64,000 nt of DNA from a virus: positions 30,415 to 94,414 of IMG/VR virus record IMGVR_UViG_3300025012_000053. One strand, 5' to 3'. Each line of letters begins with the position of its first letter. Position 1 is the first letter of the stretch. The notes under the pieces were generated by a model. That model made no database searches. It saw nothing but the letters and a program-made list of their open reading frames with translations, and was not told the DNA's origin. This document shows, one piece after another, positions 49,325-59,325 of the stretch. The translations under genes were made by a program, and so were the position numbers.

Positions 49325-51160
49325 ATGGCTGATTTTAAAGATAAAAAAATAAAACCCTTACCATTGATAGATTATGGTAAAGTTCCACCAACTGCAATTG
49401 ATCTTGAAGAAGCCATTCTCGGTGCTTTAATGATTGACGGAGATGCTTATACAAGAGTAGCTTACCTTTTGGATGCTCCTGATAAAATGTATAAAGAAGC
49501 CCATCAAAAGATCCTTGCTGCTATAATAGATCTTCATAAAAATAAAATGGCAATTGACCTTCTTCTTGTTACTGATAAATTAAGAAGTAATAATGAGCTT
49601 GAATCTGTTGGTGGCCCATTATATCTTACTCAGTTAACAAGTAAAATTGTTACATCTGCCAATGTTGAATTTCATTGTATGATCATTACTGATAAATATC
49701 TTTTGCGAGAGTTAATAAGAATAAGTGCAGAAATACAAACAAAAGCATTTGATGAAACTAATGATCCAATGGAAATAGCCCAATGGGCTGAAGAAGAATT
49801 GATGAATAAGTTTGACCTGGATATTGAAGGCAGGGCTACATTTAAAGATGCTCTTTATTCTACTATGATGGATATAACAAATAAAGCAAAAGGTCTTGTT
49901 AGTGCATTCATTAAAACAGGAGATTCAGAAATAGACAGCAAGATATCATTCCGAGCAAGAAGCGGTATTCTTATTGCTGGTGCAGAGAGTTCAGGTAAAA
50001 CTAAATATGTTTCTTATATTGTTAAATCTATCCTGGATAATAATGAAAATGTCCGCGTCCTCTGGTTTTCAATGGAAGATTCAAAAGAACAAATTGTCAG
50101 AAGTTTTATCTCAATGGGATGCAAACTTACTACCAAACAAATGCAGAGTGTAAACTATACAATTAAAGATGACGACTGGACAAGAATAAATGATGCAGTT
50201 AACCAATTTGAAGATTATAACATTGAATTTATTGACCGGGTATGTTCTATTGCTACTATAATGCGTAAATCACGTAGCTACCGGGAAAAACATAAAGAAT
50301 GTCTTTTAGTAATTGTCGTTGACAACCTGGGCCTTATTGAAACAGATTCATTTTATAGAGGCAATGAGAAAGATGATTACCTGGCTGGTAAGCTAAAAGA
50401 TATTTATGATACTACCGAAGCATGTATGTTTATTCTTCATCATATAACAAAAGAGAGTAAAAACAAGCTTAATATCAATGAAGGATACAGACCAAGATCA
50501 GAATATATTAAAGGATCTACCCGTATTCTTGACTATATACAACAGGCTATACTTGTTAATCTTCCGCGTAAATATAAAGATCTTGTCTCTGAAGAAAAGA
50601 AGAAGGCTGAAATGTTTAATGCTAAAGAGATAAAAGGAAAGTTTAATGTAGAAAGATTTAAAAACGAATTCTGGTCTATTAATCCAAAAGGAGATAAAAA
50701 TACTAAAGCAATAACCGATCTGTTTGATAACACCTGGAATGAACTTAAGTTTGTTTGCGGATCCGAAACACTTGATGATGGAATGCCTATCACAGTAGGT
50801 TATCTTATGAGAAAGTATATTGAGTATTCCATATCAATTGATGAAGTAAACCGTAACAGAGAAGTAAAATATCAATCAGAGAAATTCAGTATCTATACAT
50901 TCCTGAACCATAAAAAGTTCAAGGAAGACTATAAACCACAACCAAGTTCAAGGACATTCTATTTATATGGCAATGATATAAGCAGAGCGCAATTTATCCA
51001 AAACCTGTTTATTGCCGAATGTGTAAAAAATAGAGATGGTAGTGATATTGATGACATGAATATTATCCGGTATAATGCCAACCTGGATTATAATATATTT
51101 ATTCCAATGACAGATTCCGGATGGGAAGAACTTAAAAACAGTAATGATGGGAAAAATTAA
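49325..51160 (+). CDS. dnaB: DnaB-like replicative helicase
   Basis: PPTAIDLEEAILGALM N-domain, AGAESSGKT Walker A, FSMED, VVDNLG Walker B, KNRDG motif. Confidence 0.85.
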   Translation: MADFKDKKIKPLPLIDYGKVPPTAIDLEEAILGALMIDGDAYTRVAYLLDAPDKMYKEAHQKILAAIIDLHKNKMAIDLLLVTDKLRSNNELESVGGPLYLTQLTSKIVTSANVEFHCMIITDKYLLRELIRISAEIQTKAFDETNDPMEIAQWAEEELMNKFDLDIEGRATFKDALYSTMMDITNKAKGLVSAFIKTGDSEIDSKISFRARSGILIAGAESSGKTKYVSYIVKSILDNNENVRVLWFSMEDSKEQIVRSFISMGCKLTTKQMQSVNYTIKDDDWTRINDAVNQFEDYNIEFIDRVCSIATIMRKSRSYREKHKECLLVIVVDNLGLIETDSFYRGNEKDDYLAGKLKDIYDTTEACMFILHHITKESKNKLNINEGYRPRSEYIKGSTRILDYIQQAILVNLPRKYKDLVSEEKKKAEMFNAKEIKGKFNVERFKNEFWSINPKGDKNTKAITDLFDNTWNELKFVCGSETLDDGMPITVGYLMRKYIEYSISIDEVNRNREVKYQSEKFSIYTFLNHKKFKEDYKPQPSSRTFYLYGNDISRAQFIQNLFIAECVKNRDGSDIDDMNIIRYNANLDYNIFIPMTDSGWEELKNSNDGKN

Positions 51161-51377
51161 AGAGTTTTTTCATGATGAAATCGAAAGAGCATCAAGAGAA
51201 ACTGATGACTATGAGTACCAGTATAATAAATGGTGCACTGAACAACAAGAATTAGAAAGACAGAGATATTTTGAAAACCAATTAAAATTTACAAAATGGC
51301 AAAAACTAAGAATTCAATTCAAAGTTTGGAAATTCCAATTCATTTCCATAATATTACGTATCTTTAGAATTGGATAG
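51144..51377 (+). CDS. hypothetical protein
   Basis: 77 aa ORF. Confidence 0.5.
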   Translation: MMGKIKEFFHDEIERASRETDDYEYQYNKWCTEQQELERQRYFENQLKFTKWQKLRIQFKVWKFQFISIILRIFRIG

Positions 51378-51461
51378 TCGGGGGTAATTGCCTGATAACA
51401 AGGGAAACCAGAACTCCTTTCCAATTCTATTTTTGTTCTGGAATTATTAATAAACTGGAAT

Positions 51462-51968
51462 ATGAAACAAATTACTTTAACTAAAGGAATGTTTGCATTG
51501 GTTGACAATGATGATTATGAATATTTAAATCAATTTAAATGGCAAGTATTTAAAACGCCTTATACTTATTATGCCAGTCGAGCTATTTGGATTAATCAAA
51601 AAGTTATTCATATACTAATGCATAGGGATATAATGAATACACCTATAGGAATGGTATGCGATCATGCATTTCATAATGGATTAGATAATCGTAAATTCAT
51701 TGAAATTGATGATATATTAAAACCTAATTTAAGAAATTGCAGTTCAAGCGATAATCAGAGAAATAAAAAACCAATCGGAAAATCTAAATACATGGGTGTT
51801 TATTTCAATAATTTAAACGGTAAAAAAATATCTATTCAAGCTGCAATAACTATAAATAAAAAAAGAATTTATTTAGGTGTGTTTGAAACTGAAGAACTTG
51901 CTGCAAAAGCATATGATAAAGCAGCAATTAAGTATAAAAATGAGTTTGCTAATTTAAATTTTAAATAA
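51462..51968 (+). CDS. HNH-AP2 homing endonuclease-like protein
   Basis: ALVDNDDY, MHRDI, DH...LDNR..NLR, YLGVFETEELAAKAYDKAA. Confidence 0.85.
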   Translation: MKQITLTKGMFALVDNDDYEYLNQFKWQVFKTPYTYYASRAIWINQKVIHILMHRDIMNTPIGMVCDHAFHNGLDNRKFIEIDDILKPNLRNCSSSDNQRNKKPIGKSKYMGVYFNNLNGKKISIQAAITINKKRIYLGVFETEELAAKAYDKAAIKYKNEFANLNFK

Positions 51969-51970
51969 TA

Positions 51971-53467
51971 ATGAAAAACGAAAAAATATCTATAAAATCA
52001 CTTGAAGTACCTATTCTATTTCATAATTACAAACTTCTTCAAGACAAAGAATTTGTTCTGAAAGGATCGAACATTTATTTTGTTCAAGGTCCAAACAAAG
52101 TTGGTAAAACTTCATTTCTTAAGGCTCTTACAAGTCTTATGATAGCAAATGATGATACTCCTGATAAAGTAACACGTGGTAGTGATGAAGCAGAAGGATA
52201 TTATGAGACAACTATTCCTGCAGCCGATGGAGAACTTCTTACTATCCGTCATGAGTTTACTGCAGATGGTAAAGGTAAATTCTTTGCAATAAAAGAAGAT
52301 GGCACAAAGATATCACAAGTAACTGAGATACGTAGATTGTTTAACTATACTCCTATCAATGTAAATGAATTCTTTGCATGGAGTAATTCAGCTGAAGGAA
52401 GAAGAAAACAAAGAGATGTAATCCTTAAACTTCTTACTGATACTGACAGGAAAGCATTTAATGATCTTGATCTCCTTGAGACAGGTTATTATAATGAAAG
52501 AACTGAAGTAAACAAAAAAGTTGAAACAGCTGAAAGTACTATCAAATCTATTGTTCTCAATAAGGAAGATGAAGCATTAATTCCCAGGGAAAAAGAGGCA
52601 AGAGATCTTATTACTCTTTATCGAAACATAATAGATCTGAGAAAATCAAATAAACCTATTCAGGAAAAGATTAATGATCTTAAGTTACGAAAAGAAAGAC
52701 TTGAATTTGATCTTAAATATATCAATGAAGAAATTGGGAAGGGAGAAGAAGCTATCAAAGAAGGAAATAAAGCTGTTGAGAAATATAATAATCTTACAGA
52801 TGAAGATCTGGCATTAAAACTTGAGAAAGGAAATGAGATCATAACTAAGATTACATCACTGTCAACTAAAACTGATCTTAAAAAAGAATGGCAGGTAAAG
52901 TTTGACGAAAACAAAAAGAAAAGTGAAGAAATAACTATGGGGATCAATAATTGCAGGGATTCTAAAGCTGCTATTGTTTCCGGATCCGATCTTCCTGTAG
53001 AAAACATATCATTCGATGATGGATTTCTTACTATTGATGGTTATCAGTTTAAAGAAAATCAGATATGTGAGAGTGATGCAGTTCTTATTCTTGCCAATAT
53101 CCTTGCAAAGATTAATCCTGGACCTATTCAGATCATAGGTGATGCAAGTATCCTTGATTCAGTTAAACTTGACATGCTTAATGATATAGCAGAAGCAAAC
53201 AATAAGGTTATGTTTGTTGATGAAGTTGTAAGAAATGCAAATGATATGGTTGTGGTAGGTTATGAAGACCTTGTTAAAGCAGATATGGAAAGCAATTTCA
53301 AAAAGCTTGATGGAAAGGGAAAGAAGAAAGAACCAAAACCAAAAAAAGAAGTAAAGGTTGAAAAAGATCTTACTGAACCAACAGCAAAGGATATTTACGA
53401 TAATAATCCTAATGAAGATAAAACGCCAGAGGGTGGTGAAAATGAAGAACCTTCAACATTATTTTAG
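51971..53467 (+). CDS. SMC/RecN-like AAA ATPase
   Basis: GPNKVGKT Walker A, long coiled coil, C-terminal degenerate Walker B. Confidence 0.75.
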   Translation: MKNEKISIKSLEVPILFHNYKLLQDKEFVLKGSNIYFVQGPNKVGKTSFLKALTSLMIANDDTPDKVTRGSDEAEGYYETTIPAADGELLTIRHEFTADGKGKFFAIKEDGTKISQVTEIRRLFNYTPINVNEFFAWSNSAEGRRKQRDVILKLLTDTDRKAFNDLDLLETGYYNERTEVNKKVETAESTIKSIVLNKEDEALIPREKEARDLITLYRNIIDLRKSNKPIQEKINDLKLRKERLEFDLKYINEEIGKGEEAIKEGNKAVEKYNNLTDEDLALKLEKGNEIITKITSLSTKTDLKKEWQVKFDENKKKSEEITMGINNCRDSKAAIVSGSDLPVENISFDDGFLTIDGYQFKENQICESDAVLILANILAKINPGPIQIIGDASILDSVKLDMLNDIAEANNKVMFVDEVVRNANDMVVVGYEDLVKADMESNFKKLDGKGKKKEPKPKKEVKVEKDLTEPTAKDIYDNNPNEDKTPEGGENEEPSTLF

Positions 53468-53491
53468 TATTAATTAAAAGCCGAAAAGCAA

Positions 53492-54115
53492 ATGGCAACA
53501 CTAACAGAAAAAACCGGTAAACCGGTAAGTATTGAATGGAACCGTGAATGGGAAGGACCCAATGGAACAGTTCATTATTTCGACATCGAATTTGATGATG
53601 ATGATTTAACTAAAGGTCAGTTCTCAACAACGAAAAAGAACCAGACTAAGTTCACTATCGGAAAAGAAGTGAAGTTTACCACAGAAGTAAAGACTAATAC
53701 ACGTGGTGAATATTTTAAGATTGACATAGCAAAAGATCCTAACGCAGGTAAAGGTGGTACAGGAGGGGGCAATAGAGGCTCAGGAAGCCACATGAGTCCA
53801 GAAGTGGAAGCAAGTATCACAGCAAGTGTATGTCTTGATTCAGCTGCTATATGTATCCTTAAAACAGGTAAAGCAGATCAGGTGAAAGAAGATCTTGTTG
53901 CTTTACATGCAATAGCCAATAAATTCTTTAAACATATCATGGAGAAAAGTAATGGTGATCGCCAACTTTCTATTAACTATCAAAGCCGGCTTAAAGAGGT
54001 TGTTGGTACACTTATGGATTATCCAAGCCTTAATATTAAGAGTACAGATGATATTCTCAGATATGTCGATCTTGAAGTTTCATTCCTACAAATGAAAATG
54101 ACACAGGCAAAATGA
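53492..54115 (+). CDS. putative ssDNA-binding/recombination protein
   Basis: OB-like N-domain, Gly linker; located between ATPase and nuclease. Confidence 0.5.
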   Translation: MATLTEKTGKPVSIEWNREWEGPNGTVHYFDIEFDDDDLTKGQFSTTKKNQTKFTIGKEVKFTTEVKTNTRGEYFKIDIAKDPNAGKGGTGGGNRGSGSHMSPEVEASITASVCLDSAAICILKTGKADQVKEDLVALHAIANKFFKHIMEKSNGDRQLSINYQSRLKEVVGTLMDYPSLNIKSTDDILRYVDLEVSFLQMKMTQAK

Positions 54116-55044
54116 ACTTCCACGATTTTCCTATAAACCAGTCCATAATACGGACATTTCTGCATAATGGAGAAGAAAAGGAGTATTGTTTCAGAAGGAT
54201 CTATATTACTAAAATAAAAAGATCCCTGAAAGAAGTTCCTTCTGATCCTATGCTTTATGGTAAGTACTTCGAAACAAAGTGTCTTGGCAAAAGTTCAGGA
54301 TATGATGTTAAAGATCTTCCACGAAAGAAACTTACCAAAAAGATGGAAGCAGAAAATGCAGTACGGAAAGCAGAAGGGAAACCTTTGCTTCCTGGAGAAA
54401 AGTACCTTGATCATATCAGGGTTGATGATCAGATAAACAGGTTTAATGCTCTTATAAAACAACATAAGATTATAATAGCTGATCATAATGTTCAGGTACC
54501 TATACTTACAGTATGGGATCAGGATCCTGATGTACTACTAAGTGCAGAGCTTGATGTATTTCCTACCACTATACTTATTAAGTTAAAAGATGATGTGGAA
54601 CCAAGGCTTTATGCTGCTATTATCGATCTTAAGCTTACTGCAGATATAAATGCTACATATGGAGATTACTGTTATGGTAGTCCCCAATACCTGGATCTTA
54701 TTCAGGCTAAGATGTATCATTATGTGGTTCGGAACATCAACAAGAAGTTTAATCCTACATTATCCGGGTTGATAACAAATACAATACAAAGTCTTATTGA
54801 TAAGAATCTTATTGTATTTCTGTTATGGGTCTTCGGATATAAAAAAGATGTCCTTGAAGATAAATTCATTGATGTCTCCTGGGATAAAACAAAAGAAGCA
54901 GAATTACATGAGAGTATCCGTAAAACAGTAAGTAGCCTGGAAGCAGGTGAAAAACTCGATTGGCCAACAAACCCGGTATTTCATCTATGTAAATCATGTC
55001 CCTGGTTTGCTTGTCCAGACCGTGTTCGTATACAAACAGTTTAA
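54112..55044 (+). CDS. PD-(D/E)XK Cas4-like exonuclease
   Basis: N-terminal Cys, ELDV, IIDLK, QAKMY, C-terminal CKSCPWFAC. Confidence 0.75.
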   Translation: MNFHDFPINQSIIRTFLHNGEEKEYCFRRIYITKIKRSLKEVPSDPMLYGKYFETKCLGKSSGYDVKDLPRKKLTKKMEAENAVRKAEGKPLLPGEKYLDHIRVDDQINRFNALIKQHKIIIADHNVQVPILTVWDQDPDVLLSAELDVFPTTILIKLKDDVEPRLYAAIIDLKLTADINATYGDYCYGSPQYLDLIQAKMYHYVVRNINKKFNPTLSGLITNTIQSLIDKNLIVFLLWVFGYKKDVLEDKFIDVSWDKTKEAELHESIRKTVSSLEAGEKLDWPTNPVFHLCKSCPWFACPDRVRIQTV

Positions 55045-55058
55045 TTAAATCATTTAAT

Positions 55059-55238
55059 ATGGAAAACGTAAAGTTTGAAAAGAAAGGAAACATCCTTACA
55101 ATTACTGTAGATTTATCAGTAAAAGGATCTCCAAGTAAATCAGGTAAAAGTATTGTTCTTGCCTCAACTCTTGGAAACAAAAAAGTTGATGGTACAGAAG
55201 ATACATTTATTGGATTGAATGTCTATAAGACAAGATAA
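55059..55238 (+). CDS. small conserved protein
   Basis: MENVKFEKKGNILTITVDLS..SKSGKSIVLASTLGN. Confidence 0.65.
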   Translation: MENVKFEKKGNILTITVDLSVKGSPSKSGKSIVLASTLGNKKVDGTEDTFIGLNVYKTR

Positions 55239-55300
55239 TATGTCCTCAATAGAGGATTAGCCCCGGAGAGTTTTTAGATTACAAGAGTGAAATATGGTTG

Positions 55301-55340
55301 GAAGGGATGTTACTACCGAGGCGGCATCCCTTCTTTTTTT
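55301..55340 (+). terminator. intrinsic terminator
   Basis: GAAGGGATG/CATCCCTTC followed by T7. Confidence 0.75.
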
Positions 55341-55359
55341 ATTAACTAAACCAATTAAA

Positions 55360-55830
55360 ATGTCAAATAAACTATGTTCTGAACCTGGCTGTATTCAACC
55401 TCTTTATGCAAGAGGATGGTGTATAAACCATTATAAACAGAAATATCTTAAGCCTAAAGAGGATAAAAAGGTTAAAAAGACCTATGTAATACCACACAGG
55501 ACAGAAGATCGTGCAAAAGAAGAGCGACAGTATTCCATAGACAGAAAGTTGTTTATAGAGGACGAAAGAGCTAAAGATCCACAGGGAAGAATATTCTGTA
55601 TCTTTTGTCAGGGAGAAATAGGAAAAGAACCTGATTGTCATCATCTGGATGGAAGAGATGAAGATAAACTACTCAATAAAGATGACTGGTCGCTGGCACA
55701 TCATAAGTGCCATATGGATTATGATTCTATGCCATGGAGAAAATTAATATGGTGGATGGATTATATTAAAAATATTAAGATCTCACATCCACATATTTAT
55801 CAAAAAGAATTAAGAAAAATGGAAAAATGA
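55360..55830 (+). CDS. HNH-type Zn-binding nuclease-like protein
   Basis: CSEPGC..RGWC..HY; CIFC...DCHH...HHKCH. Confidence 0.65.
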   Translation: MSNKLCSEPGCIQPLYARGWCINHYKQKYLKPKEDKKVKKTYVIPHRTEDRAKEERQYSIDRKLFIEDERAKDPQGRIFCIFCQGEIGKEPDCHHLDGRDEDKLLNKDDWSLAHHKCHMDYDSMPWRKLIWWMDYIKNIKISHPHIYQKELRKMEK

Positions 55831-56612
55831 AAGACGATATATTAAAATTTCGTAAGATCTATACGATTCTTACAAAAGAAAAAGGTAAACAAAAAAAGTA
55901 TGTTTATCATGAAATGAGTATATCTGAACCATCATTAGTAAAGATTTTAACAGCTGATCTTAATGATCTCAAAGGACTAAGAGCATCCACTCTTGGAGTA
56001 ATTCAGGACTTTAATAAAAGACATATGGATGATTTCAATTATTCAGGAATCAAATCTATTACTGAACCAGTATCAAAAGAAACATCTACTGCCAGGTTAG
56101 AGTTTATGGAAAATAATAAGAAAAAAGATCCTGAACCTATAATATTACCTCTAAAAATAATGGAAATTGATGAAACAATTACCGGACAAAGAGTACATTG
56201 GGTAAGAATTTTAGTTTCAGATACTCTTGGAAGCGCAGAAATAACCAGGTTATATTGGGAAGTTCCATGGACATTAAGACTTAAATATAACTGGTATTTC
56301 AAATACAGAGCTGCGCTTCTTCAGGTACAAAATCCTAAGAAATATGTTGAAATGACATGGGGTAACTTTTCAAAACTTTCTCCTAAAGAAAAAAAACTAC
56401 ATGATCTTAAAAATAAAATTATTGCCAAAAAGAGAAAAATAACTGAGTTCACAAACAAATTTAATTATGTTAAGCAACAATGGAACGAATTATTTCCTAT
56501 TGAAGATGATCCTCAATATAACAATGTAATTGCAAAACTCGAAAGATTAAAATGTGAATTAATCAGTTTTGAAAAAGAATTTGAAAAAACTGAATCAGAT
56601 GAAACAACTTGA
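55827..56612 (+). CDS. hypothetical protein (possible N-terminal HTH)
   Basis: 261 aa ORF. Confidence 0.55.
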   Translation: MKDDILKFRKIYTILTKEKGKQKKYVYHEMSISEPSLVKILTADLNDLKGLRASTLGVIQDFNKRHMDDFNYSGIKSITEPVSKETSTARLEFMENNKKKDPEPIILPLKIMEIDETITGQRVHWVRILVSDTLGSAEITRLYWEVPWTLRLKYNWYFKYRAALLQVQNPKKYVEMTWGNFSKLSPKEKKLHDLKNKIIAKKRKITEFTNKFNYVKQQWNELFPIEDDPQYNNVIAKLERLKCELISFEKEFEKTESDETT

Positions 56613-57042
56613 AAAAGAAGAATGGGATCGACAACTCATTGATTTTATCAACAAAAATCCCATTCCAGAAGAACCTATTATTCCACTAGAAATCACATTC
56701 CCTTTCATGATGGTGTACTATCGTAAAAAACTATCTCTGCGTAATCATAATTATTTACTTGCAGTAGCAATATTTTCAATAGCTGATTATGCATCGAGTA
56801 AGAGAAGTATTGTTCATAAAGGTTGGGCCACTCCTACTTTAATGTTTGATCTACCAGAATTCATGAAAGATGATCATCTTAACAATAGATATATCTATTA
56901 TAAATTTCATGATTGGAACAGCATTGAACATATCTTAAGTGTTCAGGATAAGTTACTTATTCCTAATATGGAAGAATTATTTCCATGTAATAAATTGGTT
57001 AAACTGAGAGAAAAAAACGGACAATATAAATTTATCATATGA
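56569..57042 (+). CDS. hypothetical protein
   Basis: 157 aa ORF. Confidence 0.55.
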   Translation: MKKNLKKLNQMKQLEKEEWDRQLIDFINKNPIPEEPIIPLEITFPFMMVYYRKKLSLRNHNYLLAVAIFSIADYASSKRSIVHKGWATPTLMFDLPEFMKDDHLNNRYIYYKFHDWNSIEHILSVQDKLLIPNMEELFPCNKLVKLREKNGQYKFII

Positions 57043-57278
57043 AATATTATTTTGGTATATATGTCGATTATATAGATGCAAATCGACCACGAATAGCACA
57101 GGTAATGACATCTGTTGATGATCTTAGTTGTGAAATGCTTGCAGATCCGGGATTAATAACATTCTATTTCTCAGAAAAAAGAAGATGCAGAGAACATATT
57201 CATCATCTTGCAAGACTTCATAACTGTAAATTCATTGAATTTGGTTGGGGTAAATATCAATTAATAAAAATCAGATGA
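57039..57278 (+). CDS. hypothetical protein
   Basis: 79 aa ORF. Confidence 0.55.
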   Translation: MKYYFGIYVDYIDANRPRIAQVMTSVDDLSCEMLADPGLITFYFSEKRRCREHIHHLARLHNCKFIEFGWGKYQLIKIR

Positions 57279-57514
57279 ATAAAAACGAACAGATTGCTCT
57301 TACAAGAGCAATAACAAAAGATATTACTGATTATATGGTTGAAAAACTTGAGAAAGGAAGTGTTCCTGAAAACTGGGATGGCTTTGAAATAAGACATTGG
57401 CTACAAAAAATTGTAGAAAGAGAAAATCTATGATCTGATAAATTCCGTAGAAAAACTTATCGTAAAAGGATACGTGATTGTGAAAACACTATCATTGTTA
57501 ATAATCTCTATTAA
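57275..57514 (+). pseudogene. 79-codon gene with an in-frame TGA at 57431-57433
   Basis: MNKNEQ...VPENWDGFEIRHWL...ENL*SDKFRRK...CENTIIVNNLY*. Confidence 0.6.
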
Positions 57515-57531
57515 TTTTGTATATTTAACGT

Positions 57532-57849
57532 ATGATAATGAGTCAGATATTAGAATTTGATTGCCGGTCTATTTGTCAGGGAAGGAGATGTCCATATCTC
57601 CATCCTGGCAAAGACCTCAAAATAAACAAAACAATTAAGATGTTTATCTGCAAGGATAAAAACTTAGTGATTGTACCAGAAATACTTGATCCGGGAAAAC
57701 CATCTGAAAAGATAATAATCGTAGGACCCTTTAATAGTTGTATTCAGATGAGAAAGCTTCAATCTGAAGGATTAGCTCAATGGGCCGAAGCATCAATAAA
57801 TCCTGATGGAACTATAACACATTGGAATCCACCATTAAATATAATTTGA
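57532..57849 (+). CDS. hypothetical protein
   Basis: 105 aa ORF. Confidence 0.5.
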   Translation: MIMSQILEFDCRSICQGRRCPYLHPGKDLKINKTIKMFICKDKNLVIVPEILDPGKPSEKIIIVGPFNSCIQMRKLQSEGLAQWAEASINPDGTITHWNPPLNII

Positions 57850-57929
57850 TATGGTAAAATTAAATCCTTTGACAATAATTACTTTGATAGTTTTTGGAGT
57901 AATAGCTTTATTTGTTTTCGCCTGGATAG

Positions 57930-58418
57930 TTGTTGAACTTTATAATAAGTATTATGATCAGGACATTTGAAGACTATACTTCTGAATTAACAGAAGATGA
58001 GGCAAATTATATCATGCCAAGAATTTTAAAGATACTTACTCTTGCAATAGGCAAGGATAAGGCGGTTAAAAATGATCAAATTCTAAAAGATATAAATGTT
58101 TTAAATCCTATGTATAAACCGGATAATGAAGATCCTGATCTTTCATGGATAATTAAAACAAGACCAGCAAGGATAAGACATATGATACATATACTCCGGG
58201 TAACAGATACTATCCCTTTCCTTGTAGCTACAGCTGTAGGGTACTTTATCTCTAATGAGAAAGAGGAAATAGAGAATTACATAGGAAGTATTGATGACCG
58301 GTTAAGATCGATCTACCAGATCCGCAGAGCCCTTAAACGTCAAATGAAAGAATGGGGGAAGAAGCCTGAAGGAATACAAAGACAAATATCATTCGCTAAT
58401 GGTGAATTAACCTATTAA
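57930..58418 (+). CDS. winged-HTH-like protein
   Basis: FEDYTSELT...ARIRHMIHILR...GYFI. Confidence 0.55.
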   Translation: MLNFIISIMIRTFEDYTSELTEDEANYIMPRILKILTLAIGKDKAVKNDQILKDINVLNPMYKPDNEDPDLSWIIKTRPARIRHMIHILRVTDTIPFLVATAVGYFISNEKEEIENYIGSIDDRLRSIYQIRRALKRQMKEWGKKPEGIQRQISFANGELTY

Positions 58419-58420
58419 AA

Positions 58421-58804
58421 ATGAGAAATTTTATATTTGAAATAGATCCGGTAGCTAAACCGAGAATGGTACGATCTGATAAATGGAAAAAACGTCATGT
58501 AACAGATCATTATTGGGCTTTTAAAGATCTTTTCAGGCTACAAGCCAATAAGTACGGATTGAAAACATTACCCGATTCCATAGAATATCTTATCTTTGTA
58601 ATTCCAATGCCAGAAAGCTGGTCGCAAAAGAAAAAGGTAGCTTATGAGGGTAAACCACATAAACAACGTCCTGACCTGGATAACTTCACAAAAAGCTTTT
58701 TTGATTGTCTGTGTGAAGAAGATGACAGTTATATTTGGCAAATCAGAAATCTATCTAAGATGTGGGGATATACCGGTAAGATACTTATCGGGACAAACGA
58801 CTAA
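58421..58804 (+). CDS. rusA: RusA-like Holliday junction resolvase
   Basis: PVAKPRM, PMPESWSQKKK, HKQRPDLDNFTKSFFD, DD. Confidence 0.85.
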   Translation: MRNFIFEIDPVAKPRMVRSDKWKKRHVTDHYWAFKDLFRLQANKYGLKTLPDSIEYLIFVIPMPESWSQKKKVAYEGKPHKQRPDLDNFTKSFFDCLCEEDDSYIWQIRNLSKMWGYTGKILIGTND

Positions 58805-58893
58805 TTTAATTGGTTTAATTAGGATGGAACTGGATCGAACCCTTGAGTGCTAAGATCCATTTTCCATTTATAATATTCACTTAAAAAAGCGAT

Positions 58894-59325
58894 ATGAAAA
58901 TTATGACACTAACTTTAATAATCAGCTTGTTTTGTGCCCTTTTAACGGCTCCTCCATCTCCAACCATGGTAATATTCGCACCATCAGAGATAAAGCCCTA
59001 TGAGGCACTATGGAACGCTACCTGTGCTATAGAAAGTAACTTCAATCCCTATGCAATCGGGGATAAGCACATGAAAAAATGGTCATATGGTATTGTTCAG
59101 ATAAGATTATCCCGGCTTGATGACTTTTACAAACAGACCGGGATCAGATATTATGAGACTGATATGTTTTGTCCGGTGAAGTCAAAACAGGTTTTTATTC
59201 ATTATGCAGTAAAAAATCATTATTCTGAATCAGAACGTATAAGCAGAGATTGGAATGGTGGCCCTAAAGGAATGCAAAAGAAATCAACATATAAATATTA
59301 CCTTAAGATAAAAGAGCACTTATGA
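58894..59325 (+). CDS. lytic transglycosylase (lysozyme-like) with N-terminal signal
   Basis: AIESNFNPYAIGD catalytic Glu, YGIVQI, WNGG. Confidence 0.75.
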   Translation: MKIMTLTLIISLFCALLTAPPSPTMVIFAPSEIKPYEALWNATCAIESNFNPYAIGDKHMKKWSYGIVQIRLSRLDDFYKQTGIRYYETDMFCPVKSKQVFIHYAVKNHYSESERISRDWNGGPKGMQKKSTYKYYLKIKEHL

